In this document: positions 9,201 through 17,295 of the stretch, in pieces
Layout of the letters: every line of letters starts with the position of its first letter
Numbering within the stretch: position 1 is the stretch's first letter
Assembly (NCBI GenBank): GCA_038248345.1
Contig: JBBRXO010000023.1
Coordinates: forward strand, 1-28,266
DNA: 28,266 nt
DNA from: Armatimonadota bacterium
Lineage (GTDB): Bacteria > Armatimonadota > Hebobacteria > CAIYQO01
Direction of reading: 5' to 3'
Position numbers and translations under genes: made by a program
The notes under the pieces: generated by a model
The model's input: the letters and a program-made list of their open reading frames with translations, nothing else
What the model was told of the DNA's origin: nothing
The model's database searches: none

Positions 9201-10568
9201 GTCGATTGCTTGCCGGTACAATCCGCGTACTTTGAAGTTACCCGGTTTTACGAACGTCCCGGGAACGCTGTAGAGTCCGTGGCTTGCAGCCCCGACATCG
9301 CGGCCCAGGTCATCCATGCCATCCCACCAGGTAGTATTCAGCCCGGCGGGGAAAAGCGTGGCGCTGACCAGATTGCGGACACGATTACCGTTTTCATCCT
9401 CGATCACCAACGTCACATAGCTATCTTTTATCAGCTTGAATTTGATAGGAATGGGCGGATGTGCTGCTGGCAAATCATTGGTGGAGATGACAGCCGAAGC
9501 AAGTTCGGCTGTTCCCAACTGTTGTAATGCCATCAGCTCGCCGAGCCAGATTCGCTTGCCATCATTGGTATTTCCATCTAAATGGGGATGGCGTGATACC
9601 GTGGGAGCGGTAGCTAGTACGCGGATCGCGCGTGTGGTGACGGCCTTGCCGAAATCCAGCACATTAATGGGCAGCGGACTGGGGTATTTATTTTCTAGGC
9701 CCGTAAATTCCTTAATAGTCTTCCAATCAGCTTCGGTTGCTTCACGCGGGTGCGTTGTGTCGGGGCCAACGTACTCCTGTACTGTAGCCGCGCCAAAGCC
9801 GCACCAGAACGCATCAATGCCATTAAGTGTCACTTTTTTGGGCCAGATCAACGTGATTGGCTCTGGATGCAATGGGGTGATTGCTTGGGTGGTGGCATCA
9901 TTCCAGTTCTCCCAGGTGCCCCAGCTATCTTCAGCTTCATTTACGATCAGATTACTTTTTTGATCATTATTTTTTGTGACCGTAATAGCTTGCGGTCCCA
10001 GGTTCGTCATACGGTCGGTCAGCAGATACATGCCGCCCAACCAACCGATGAATTCACGATCGGTAGCTCCAATGTTTTGGGAGAAACGGATGGCGCGTGT
10101 CTTCGTACCTGCGGGCAGCACCCAAACACCATAGTTATTCTTTGCCACTTCGTCGGTAGATACCTTGCCATTCACCAGACGTTGTGCGGTAATCCACTGG
10201 GTATCGTCACCCAGATCCCCCGGATAAACGGCGTCTGCTTTGAGGACGCTTAGTTTGCCGCCAGCTTGAACTATTACCGTACCTACTTCTAGCGGTTCGG
10301 TAAAGCCGACCCGAAGATGGCGGACACCCGGGGCTGTGTTAGCTCCGAAATTAATGCCGTTCCATCCTGTTTGCGTGGTTTTGGTATAGACAGCTTTAGT
10401 CAGATTGTCAGCAACCGGGGTTTCCACGCCATCAACCCATTGAGCGAAGGTGGCCGTATCGACCTGCTCCACTTTCAGCGGAGTCTCCAACGACTGCGCC
10501 AACAAGGGAAGTACCGCTGCCACCAGCAACAGGTACACAGGGATGAGTAAGCGGTGAATACACGTCAT
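6294..10568 (-). CDS. Large secreted protein, paralogue 3 (1424 aa), same architecture as paralogue 2
   Basis: AAGGAG RBS; signal peptide; collinear over its full length with 1800..6065, sharing SNHTPP, FYGPSEYGGGG, WPGLHASH and GDIGILRGDG. Confidence 0.9.
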   Translation of the reverse strand: MTCIHRLLIPVYLLLVAAVLPLLAQSLETPLKVEQVDTATFAQWVDGVETPVADNLTKAVYTKTTQTGWNGINFGANTAPGVRHLRVGFTEPLEVGTVIVQAGGKLSVLKADAVYPGDLGDDTQWITAQRLVNGKVSTDEVAKNNYGVWVLPAGTKTRAIRFSQNIGATDREFIGWLGGMYLLTDRMTNLGPQAITVTKNNDQKSNLIVNEAEDSWGTWENWNDATTQAITPLHPEPITLIWPKKVTLNGIDAFWCGFGAATVQEYVGPDTTHPREATEADWKTIKEFTGLENKYPSPLPINVLDFGKAVTTRAIRVLATAPTVSRHPHLDGNTNDGKRIWLGELMALQQLGTAELASAVISTNDLPAAHPPIPIKFKLIKDSYVTLVIEDENGNRVRNLVSATLFPAGLNTTWWDGMDDLGRDVGAASHGLYSVPGTFVKPGNFKVRGLYRQAIDLAYEFSVYNSGSPAWLTADGTGSWMSNHTPPSCSLFVPADGTAGSKPLVFLGSYVSEGTNGLIWVDLDGKKVGGVNWIGGHWTAAQFLGRDTGAKAAPGNPIYIASAFDSELRLTERTKGVDRAIIKYKFENNDLAVVSGMAVHDGIIVCSLPKLKLLLFVDVKTGAILGKTTRENLRGLAFDDKGQLLILDGKRLLRVAMPTDLSAPFPIPAVVIGKDLEDPQNITFDSKGNIYVSDRGASHQVKVFSAAGTFIRAIGKPGIPKAGKYDPLKMHNPNGITIDSNDHLWVAETDYQPKRVSVWTLDGKAVNAFYGPSEYGGGGALDPKDKTRFYYGGMVFKLDWDKGTNVVESVLLRPQPGELDRPDGYGSGGYPETALYLKDQRYYTNCYSSNPTNGTSIAMLWKEKNGIAVPVAAIGNANSWSILKGDTFKTKWPAGIDLKGDYWQNQAMFVWSDTNADGKIQPEEVTFQKKSTGGVTVMSDLSFVISRVDGKTMQYLPIALNDGIPSYDLNAGKELAKDVQPSASSGGDQALVNANGWTVMSLAPKPFSAYSLTGVKDGKPMWSYPNLWPGLHASHEAPTPQFSGEIIGATRLMGGFIKPTAGDAGPIWTINGNMGNNYMLTTDGLFVAQLFQDVRMGKPWAMPRGDRNMLLNEVTCSDENFWPSITQTGDGKVYLNDGARSSIIRVDGLDTIRRFPNMPLTVTVEDMKKAQAFVLDQEVARQQNAGKTIMQVAIRQAPITVDGLFDDWKGADWVSIDKRGVAANFNSNSKPYDVKGSVAVVGDKLYAAFGTADANLLNNTGELLTAIFKTGGALDLMIGTDPKANSARTEPVAGDIRVLVTMVKNKPVAMLYRAVVPGTTDPEKFSSPWRTITIDQVVNISDKVQLAVGKEGNYEISIPLSALQLTATDGMSIKGDIGILRGDGMKTVQRSYWSNKATGITADVPSEAMLTPQLWGTWRFATTP

Positions 10569-10730
10569 ACTCTTTGTACTCCTTAACCAGAATAAGATTC
10601 CGCTGTGATTTACGGATATCTATCGAAGCTCTCGTAAATTTTTTGAGCTGTACCTGCTAGTATACCACTATTATTTCAGATGTAAAACCGAGAAACAGCG
10701 GTTATCAGGGAGTATCGTTTTTTACCTAAT

Positions 10731-10883
10731 GTGGACTTCGCCCACAACCCAATTCTACCTCCTAAATGATTAATGTTTACGACGTTTCCAACGTGGGCGC
10801 AAGGCTTGCGCCCACGTTGGAAACGTCGCTAAATTTTCTCTACAACTTGCATTGAAAAACTGCACGTTGTGGGCGAAGTCCAC
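10731..10883. repeat. Nested palindromic REP/REPIN-like element
   Basis: Outer perfect 18-bp inverted repeat (10731-10748 / 10866-10883) encloses a perfect 24-bp inverted repeat with a 1-nt spacer (10780-10803 / 10805-10828). Confidence 0.85.
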
Positions 10884-10895
10884 CTTAGTTTCTAT

Positions 10896-10919
10896 GCCCC
10901 TGGTATTTATACCAGGGGC
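10896..10919. repeat. Hairpin GCCCCTGGTA-TTTA-TACCAGGGGC (REP-like, or terminator of the 778-aa gene)
   Basis: 10-bp perfect stem with a 4-nt loop, about 30 nt past the stop at 10951; no U-tract. Confidence 0.55.
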
Positions 10920-10950
10920 TCCGCGGTGGTTAGCAATTACTTACCAAATA

Positions 10951-13287
10951 TCAAATCGTTAATCCCGACGTCACCTTCAAGCGTACCACCTCGCGTGGCG
11001 GCACTGTGAGCGGCGCGCTCCAGGGGGAAGCCGGGTCTATCTCCTGGCCTTCGAGACGCATGACGATGCCTCGTCGTGCGGCGATAGACAGCTCCAGCCG
11101 GGTGGTGATGGGTTCGTGCAGGGGATTCCACAGTTCGACGGTGAACGCATTCGGCAGCGCTGTGTTGAAGAGCGCCGCTTCGGGCACCAGAGCGAGGACG
11201 CGATGATCTTCCGCACGGACCAATCCGCCGCCGAAAAATACCGACAGGATCGGCGGTTCCATCCCCTGGTAGCTCGCCAGCATCGTCTGATCCCACGGGT
11301 TTTCGTAGGCCAGATAAGGCAGGCGCAGGTAGAATTCGCGCTCGGTGGGCAGCGATTGGATGCTGCGGTAGGTGATAGACATATCCGGCTTGTAGAGGCG
11401 CTTGAGGGTGCGCGCGGCGGGGAACTGCGCCAACCCGGTGTGGCAGAAGAGCCATAACACATCGTAAAAGCCCGGGCGTCCCTGGCCAGCAACAAGGAGA
11501 TATGCCAGCTGCTGCAGCGAATACCCCGTCTCCCACGGTGGCATCTGCGCCCACTGGTCGCGTCCGCTGGTGGAGCCATGCGCCCAACCACGGGAGTCCA
11601 GATCGGGGGATTGCGACTCGTTATACGTGATGTAGTGCATCCCCAGGAGGAGATTCGCGAAGCGCGCGCCGGCATCCGCATACGTGGGGTCGCCGAAGCG
11701 CCGTGCCGCCAGCATATTCGCTGCGGAGGCCAACGCATGGCCGAAGGGGCGCGCCTGCCCTCCCCCCACCGCATCGCCCACGGTGGCGCAGTTGAAGGCC
11801 CAGAAATCGGCATCGAGGTGGGGATTGACCCGCGCGAGAAGCTCCCGCCCGGCTTCCGCGGCCCCGCCTGCTTCCGGGAAGGTATCGGCAACGAGTAACT
11901 GCGCGTAGGCATCCCACGCCAGGATGCCGGCATCGCCGTTCTGATCCCCCTTGACGGGATTGAGGATACGTTCGGCACGCAGCGCGAAATAGCGAAGGAG
12001 TTTTTCTTGGGACTCCGTGGCGATGCCCATCACCTGCGCCTTGCGAATGAGTCCGACATACATGGGCGTCGGGCCGATTGTACCTACATCCACCGCTGCG
12101 CTCTCCGGGTTCGCCTGGGCGGTGAAGAGCATCTCCAGGCGATCAGCTGCGGCTTTGACCTCGTCATCAGCCCACAGGTGCCCGAGGTAGGCCACCGGAC
12201 CGGTAAATCCGCCGGCGAAATGCGGTTCTCCATGCCCCATCTTCGGGCGGGTGCCGGGGGCGTAGATGAGCGGACCGCGCGCCGGCTCGAAGAAGCCGGG
12301 GTATCCATCTTCATTGGTGAATTGCGCGCACAGCCATTCCGCAGCCGCTGTCCAGGAGGCGCCACAAGCGGTCGCCACTTCGTAGGCAGGCACGAGGCCC
12401 TCGGCGGGAAAATGCAGCGCGGCCAGCCGCTCCCAACCGCGTGCCAGCCAGGAGTCCCAGCGCCCGTCCGCCGGCTCGGGGGCGAAATCGACCACGATCT
12501 GTTGCCGCAGGTCAGCACCAGCTTCCACCAGCCAATTCGGATCTTTATCGAGGGAGCGGGTCCAGTTGAGCGCCCCCACCAGGAACTTCACGCCATGCAG
12601 TCCGGGTGCCTGACGAAGGGCGGTATCGGAATAAATGATGTCGCTTTCGTCCAATGAGCGTGTGGGCTGCAGAAAGATATCGTGGGATGTGGAGAGATTC
12701 CAGTTGCCCAGGATCATCGTGCAGCGCGCGTTGCCGCCATCGGGGTCGGCGATGCGGTGGGCGAGGAGCGGAGAGGCGGAGTAGTAGGTGAGGTGCGCCC
12801 GCCCGGCACGTCCATAATACCAGAAGGGATGAGTATGCCCCGAGCCGCTGATCTCCCGCTCCCCCTCCTGGGCGAAGACGGGCTGCTGGCAGATAACGGC
12901 CATTCGGTGTTCATGGCCATCGTATTCATACGGCAACTCGAAGGTTGACAAGGCCTCCAGCACTTCGATGGGCTCGTAGAGCGGCGTCATCCGCGTGGTG
13001 ACGGTGAAACCGCGTCCCCCATCGGCAGGCAGGCTGACCGACACCGACCACTCCACCGGTGTGCCGGCGAAATCACACCGCCCGCCGCAGGTGATGGAGG
13101 AATCGGCGTGCGCGAGCAACGTCCCCTCGACGATGCGCCGATCGCCGATATTCAGCCACTCGTGATCCTTGAAGCGCAACATCGGGCGCTCTCCCAGGCG
13201 GAACCACTCCGGCCTATATCCCGCCCTGTAGGGCACAAAAATGGCCGTTTGGTCACCGTTGGTCAATATCAGTGAAGTATTTGCCAT
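10951..13287 (-). CDS. Hypothetical protein, 778 aa, probably cytoplasmic; possibly a glycosidase/lyase-like fold
   Basis: Long ORF with a GAGG RBS and GC-rich third positions; no signal peptide; beta-rich ends and a helical, aromatic-rich middle. No family motif recognised. Confidence 0.8.
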   Translation of the reverse strand: MANTSLILTNGDQTAIFVPYRAGYRPEWFRLGERPMLRFKDHEWLNIGDRRIVEGTLLAHADSSITCGGRCDFAGTPVEWSVSVSLPADGGRGFTVTTRMTPLYEPIEVLEALSTFELPYEYDGHEHRMAVICQQPVFAQEGEREISGSGHTHPFWYYGRAGRAHLTYYSASPLLAHRIADPDGGNARCTMILGNWNLSTSHDIFLQPTRSLDESDIIYSDTALRQAPGLHGVKFLVGALNWTRSLDKDPNWLVEAGADLRQQIVVDFAPEPADGRWDSWLARGWERLAALHFPAEGLVPAYEVATACGASWTAAAEWLCAQFTNEDGYPGFFEPARGPLIYAPGTRPKMGHGEPHFAGGFTGPVAYLGHLWADDEVKAAADRLEMLFTAQANPESAAVDVGTIGPTPMYVGLIRKAQVMGIATESQEKLLRYFALRAERILNPVKGDQNGDAGILAWDAYAQLLVADTFPEAGGAAEAGRELLARVNPHLDADFWAFNCATVGDAVGGGQARPFGHALASAANMLAARRFGDPTYADAGARFANLLLGMHYITYNESQSPDLDSRGWAHGSTSGRDQWAQMPPWETGYSLQQLAYLLVAGQGRPGFYDVLWLFCHTGLAQFPAARTLKRLYKPDMSITYRSIQSLPTEREFYLRLPYLAYENPWDQTMLASYQGMEPPILSVFFGGGLVRAEDHRVLALVPEAALFNTALPNAFTVELWNPLHEPITTRLELSIAARRGIVMRLEGQEIDPASPWSAPLTVPPREVVRLKVTSGLTI

Positions 13288-13439
13288 ATCCCAAACCTCT
13301 CAACTTTCCCACATTCGCCATTGGTATCTATTCGGTAAATCCCGTCTAAATAACGTTCACCCTAGTCATAATAATTCATCCTGTCCTGTCTGTCTATGAA
13401 AAGGGGAAACGTGTCGTTTTTAGCGCCCATCATGTATGT

Positions 13440-13566
13440 CCAGCCGTGAATGACGGGGCTAGTGGGCTACGTCGATCGTCCTTCGACACGGGAACGCTTG
13501 CCCTTAACCGTCCCGCGCGAAGCGCGATTGGCCGAAGGCCCTCCAGCCTGGTCGTTCACGGCCAGG
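13440..13566. repeat. Inverted pair of REP-like hairpins enclosing mini-hairpins
   Basis: CCAGCCGTGAATGACGGGGCT (13440-13460) and AGCCTGGTCGTTCACGGCCAGG (13545-13566) are imperfect inverted copies; interior CGCGC-GAA-GCGCG and GGCC-GAA-GGCC. Confidence 0.7.
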
Positions 13567-13614
13567 CGAGGAAGGGCGGCTTGTCACAAAAAACGATACT
13601 CCTGATAAAAAGGG

Positions 13615-13655
13615 AAAAAAGAAACGGCTCCGGGAGATAAATCTCCTGGAGCCGC
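13615..13655 (-). terminator. Intrinsic terminator of alaS
   Basis: Minus strand CGGCTCCAGGAGAT-TT-ATCTCCCGGAGCCG followed by TTTCTTTTTT. Confidence 0.85.
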
Positions 13656-13679
13656 TTTCCATGGAACAAGGCGAGCTAA

Positions 13680-16307
13680 TCACTCGCCGATCATCGCCCG
13701 CGCTTTTTCTAGCGCTTCGCCGATCTTCTCCGGCAATTTACCGCCTGCCTGCGCGAAATCCGGGCGGCCGCCGCCGCCGCCACCGGCGATCTTCGCCATC
13801 TCGCGCACGATGTCGCCCGCTTTCAGCTTGCCGGTCAGCCCTTTGCTCACCTTCACGGCGAAGAGCGCCTTGCCCTCGAACTCCGCTGCCAGCGCCACGA
13901 TGCCCTGCGGTACCCGATCCAGGTACTGGTCGGTGAGGTTACCCAGCGTGGCGGCATCAACATCTTGCAACGCGGCGATGATGGCCGGCACTCCGTTGAT
14001 CTCCTCCACTTGCGGGCCACCGGTGCCGCCGCCGGCCGCGACTTTCACCTTCAGCTCTTTGATCTGCTGGTTCGCCCCGTGGAGTTCGTGCAGCAGTGAT
14101 TCCACACGTTCCGGTAGCCCCTCGTCGGTGACCTTCAATTGGGATTCTAAATCGGTGATGATTTCCGCATTCACCCACGCCCATTTCGCGGCTTCCATAC
14201 CGGTAACGGCATCAATACGGCGTATCCCTGCCGCTACCGAGGTCTCAGATGTTATATGGAAATAGCCGATTTGCCCGGTGCGCTCCAGGTGCGTGCCGCC
14301 GCACAGCTCGCGGCTATACGGGTTATTGCCGATATTCACTGTGCGCACCCAGGAGCCGTATTTCTCGCCGAAGAGCGCGGTATAGCCGGCGGCACGCGCT
14401 TCGTCCAGTCCCATCTCTTTGATGAAAACCTGTTCATCATCCATAATCCGAGCGTAGACTAGCATTTCTACTTTCAACAACTCACCCTTGGTCAACGCCT
14501 GCGGATTGCTGAAGTCGAAACGCAATCTGTCGGTATCCACCAGGCTACCCGCTTGCTTGGCATGTTCGCCCAGCACCTGTTGCAACGCCCAATGGAGCAG
14601 ATGCGTTGCAGTATGTGCGCGACAAATCGCCTGCCGATAGTATTTATTTACACGTGCCACCATCGGGTTGCCCACAACGGGCGCATCATTGTCACCCAGT
14701 TCAATGGTATGCAGCAGGTGGCCGAATTTGTCTTTGGCGACATCCAGCACCGGGTAGATTATCTCCCCGATGGTAAGCGAGCCGATATCGGTGCTCTGCC
14801 CACCGCTGGTGGCGTAGAAGGGCGAGCGGTCGAGGATGGCCAGGGAGGTCAACCCGTCTTCATTCGGCAGCAGGAAGAGTAGTTTGGCGTCCGCAGTCAG
14901 CGTCAGATACGCGAGGGACTCCGTCGCCGGGATCTCCTGCCCCAGCGAAGCTGCGGCCTCGTAGCCGAATTTGCCCCCGGCACGCGCGATAGTGCGTGCG
15001 GTCTCGAAGGCGGCGGTGTAGCCCGCTTCGTCCACTGTCAACCCGGCCGCCAGCGCGGACTCCACCGTCAATTCCTTCGGGAAGCCGTAGGTGTCGTAGA
15101 GCGTGAAGACGTCATTGCCGTTGAGTATGGCGATGTCTTTCGCCTGCGCTTCGGCGATCAGTCGCGCCAGCATCTCCTCACCGCGTTCCAGCGTCTCGGC
15201 GAAGCGTCCTTCCTCGGCACGCAGCGTCTCGGTGATGAAATCGGCGTTGTCGTTCAACTCCTGGTAGTGCCCGCCCATGATCTGCTGCAATGTGGGCACC
15301 AGCCGGCAAAGGAACGGGGCGCGCAGCCCCAGATTGCGCCCGAAACGGTAGGCACGGCGGATGATGCGGCGCACCACGTAGCCGCGCTTGCTGTTACTGG
15401 GCAACACGCCGTCGGCGATCATGAAGGCGGCGCAGCGCAGGTGGTCGGCGATGACGCGCAGCGCCAGCAGCTGCTCTTCGGTGGGGTCAGCGGTGATACC
15501 CGCTAGCTCACTGGTTTTCGTTATCAACAAGTGAACCAGATCGGTGTCGTAGTTAGTCGGTACATTCTGCACCAGCGAGGCGATGCGCTCCAGCCCAGCT
15601 CCGGTGTCGATACCGGGGATCGGCAACGGCAGATATTCGCCATCCTGATAGTTGAACTGCTGGAAGACGTGATTCCAGAATTCAATCCAACGATCACAAC
15701 CGCACGCGGGTGAAGTACACTCCGGCCCGCAGGCGAGTTCGGCGCCGCGGTCATAGTGCATCTCGCTGCAGGGGCCACAGGGCCCGCTGCTACCCACCGG
15801 GCCCCACCAGTTTTCTTTTTTGCCCAGCGGGATAATGTGTTCTACTGGCACACCGATCTTCTCCCAGATGGCTTTAGCTTCCAGATCCTCCTGGTATGGC
15901 TCGCCCACGCCGGGTTTGTAGTAGGTCACCCAGATCTGGACGGCATTCAACCCGAGGCCACCCTCGGCCACGGGCAGTGTGGAGAAGTCCCAGCCCCAGC
16001 GCAGCGTCTCTTCTTTGAAATAATCTCCAAAGCTGAAATTACCGAGCATCTCGAAGAAGGTATGATGCCGTGCCGTACGCCCCACCTGGTCTAAATCGTC
16101 CGTTCGCGCACACTTCTGCACGCTGGCTACACTGCCGAAACTCGGCTCCACCTCGCGACGGAACCAGGGGACGAATTGCTGCATTCCCGCGGTGGTGAAG
16201 AGTGTGGTAGGATCATCCGGTACCAGTGAGCTGCTGGGCAGCACCTGGTGGCCACGCGCGGCAAAGAAGCGCAGAAAAGCGTCACGTATTTCGTTTCCGG
16301 TCATCAT
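13680..16307 (-). CDS. alaS: Alanine--tRNA ligase
   Basis: GRTARHHTFFEMLGNFSFGDYFKE, IDTGAGLER, HTATH, ALFGEKYG, SRELCGGTH, GGGGRPDFAQAGG. Start moved from 16376 to MMTGNEIR (AGGA RBS; typical AlaS N-terminus). Confidence 0.98.
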   Translation of the reverse strand: MMTGNEIRDAFLRFFAARGHQVLPSSSLVPDDPTTLFTTAGMQQFVPWFRREVEPSFGSVASVQKCARTDDLDQVGRTARHHTFFEMLGNFSFGDYFKEETLRWGWDFSTLPVAEGGLGLNAVQIWVTYYKPGVGEPYQEDLEAKAIWEKIGVPVEHIIPLGKKENWWGPVGSSGPCGPCSEMHYDRGAELACGPECTSPACGCDRWIEFWNHVFQQFNYQDGEYLPLPIPGIDTGAGLERIASLVQNVPTNYDTDLVHLLITKTSELAGITADPTEEQLLALRVIADHLRCAAFMIADGVLPSNSKRGYVVRRIIRRAYRFGRNLGLRAPFLCRLVPTLQQIMGGHYQELNDNADFITETLRAEEGRFAETLERGEEMLARLIAEAQAKDIAILNGNDVFTLYDTYGFPKELTVESALAAGLTVDEAGYTAAFETARTIARAGGKFGYEAAASLGQEIPATESLAYLTLTADAKLLFLLPNEDGLTSLAILDRSPFYATSGGQSTDIGSLTIGEIIYPVLDVAKDKFGHLLHTIELGDNDAPVVGNPMVARVNKYYRQAICRAHTATHLLHWALQQVLGEHAKQAGSLVDTDRLRFDFSNPQALTKGELLKVEMLVYARIMDDEQVFIKEMGLDEARAAGYTALFGEKYGSWVRTVNIGNNPYSRELCGGTHLERTGQIGYFHITSETSVAAGIRRIDAVTGMEAAKWAWVNAEIITDLESQLKVTDEGLPERVESLLHELHGANQQIKELKVKVAAGGGTGGPQVEEINGVPAIIAALQDVDAATLGNLTDQYLDRVPQGIVALAAEFEGKALFAVKVSKGLTGKLKAGDIVREMAKIAGGGGGGRPDFAQAGGKLPEKIGEALEKARAMIGE

Positions 16308-16344
16308 AATCAAATCCTGGCAAACAAGTTTAGAAGAGTGAGTT

Positions 16345-16369
16345 GTAGGGGCGCAAGGCTTGCACCTAC
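16345..16369 (+). repeat. GTAG-type REP-like palindrome
   Basis: GTAGGGGCGCAAGGCTTGCACCTAC; its core is shared with 10795-10813 and 24357-24379. Confidence 0.7.
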
Positions 16370-16407
16370 CTCGCAACCGTGCGACTATATACCTATAAAT
16401 CCCCCAG

Positions 16408-16416
16408 AGTATACCA
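16408..16416 (-). promoter_or_regulatory. Extended -10 promoter of alaS
   Basis: Minus strand TGGTATACT about 100 nt upstream of the start. Confidence 0.5.
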
Positions 16417-16497
16417 GAAATGGCTGTTGATATCGAATCAGATTTGCTGAAAAAACTGATGGTGGAGAAGTATAAGAACGTTCTCTTAGATATACGA

Positions 16498-16970
16498 AAT
16501 AATAATGCTAATAATAAGCCTTGTGGATATGTGGATAACCCTCATGAGCCATGCCCGGAGAAACCGTGGATAACCTCTGCATCATGCTGTGGACAGAGTT
16601 GTGTTATCCACGGTGAAATGGTGAGAAAGCTGGGTTTACAGTTTGTCGACAGGGAGTTATCAACAGTTGGTGATAACAAATAAGCGCCAAAAAAGGCAGA
16701 CGTTGTCGTTAAAACAGATGTTCGTAATACTAAAGTTATCAACAGGTGTTGAAAGAATATGTTGAAAAGAATTTCCGGTGTTTCGTGGCATTTGAAAGCT
16801 CTATTTAGCCTTAACGCAAGGCTAACAATAGCCACGCTAGGCGCGATTTCAAGCGTGAAATAAATGAGTAGACCCGGCAGTTGCGTAGTTGCCATAACGG
16901 CGCGCTAGAGTTATAATACCGGTGCAATAGGGAAGAGGATATCCACAGGGTTTCCCACAGTTGTGGATAA
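16498..16970. other. oriC: Putative chromosomal replication origin (oriC)
   Basis: Perfect DnaA boxes TGTGGATAA at 16530-16538 and 16962-16970. Near-consensus boxes at 16522, 16565, 16604, 16657, 16736, 16939 and 16951. AT-rich non-coding DNA next to dnaA; TAA-trio run at 16498-16517. Confidence 0.88.
16889..16917 (+). promoter_or_regulatory. Sigma70 promoter, probably of dnaA, followed by three DnaA boxes
   Basis: TTGCCA-17 nt-TATAAT; boxes at 16939, 16951 and 16962 lie just downstream. Confidence 0.75.
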
Positions 16971-17295
16971 CTCAATGTTGTAATTCAGTGATGAATTGCA
17001 ATGCCAAGGGACACCAGGCTAGCGGATCAAAGAGTAATAGTACCCTTAGGATTAGTGTGTTTGGTGAATATGTCACTTAAAGTAGTACCCAGATCACGTG
17101 ACCGAGAATCGGCGCGCGGTTATTCATAATATTTTTGATTGTCAGGTCCCTCTGGGATCAATCGTCGTACTAATCAATGTCATGCCGTAAGTCTCTCTCA
17201 GTATATTACGTGGGTGTCCAGCAGGCGAAAGCGCAAAGTCCTGCACGCATTAAGTGTTTCATTTTTCCATTGACGGACCAAGGAGAGACTAAACG

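Noticed and set aside
70..10550. Many plus-strand ORFs of 60-211 aa, some similar to each other (e.g. 535..1128 and 9436..9963)
   Set aside because: Antisense shadows of the three paralogues; their similarity simply reflects the duplicated sense genes.
10937..12948. Alternative-frame ORFs (216, 313 and 216 aa) over the 778-aa gene
   Set aside because: Arg/Pro/Ser-rich products typical of off-frame GC-rich DNA.
13440..13566. 6S RNA, SRP RNA or tRNA assignment for the structured element
   Set aside because: No SRP loop motif, no tRNA T-arm or cloverleaf, and too short and multibranched for the 6S rod shape.
16420..16895. ORFs 16420..16683 (+) and 16542..16895 (-)
   Set aside because: They run through the DnaA-box cluster, have no recognisable motif and are not rpmH or rnpA.
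17205..17255. c-di-GMP-I riboswitch suggested by GCGAAAGCGCAAAG
   Set aside because: The P2/P3 stems and surrounding consensus are not present.
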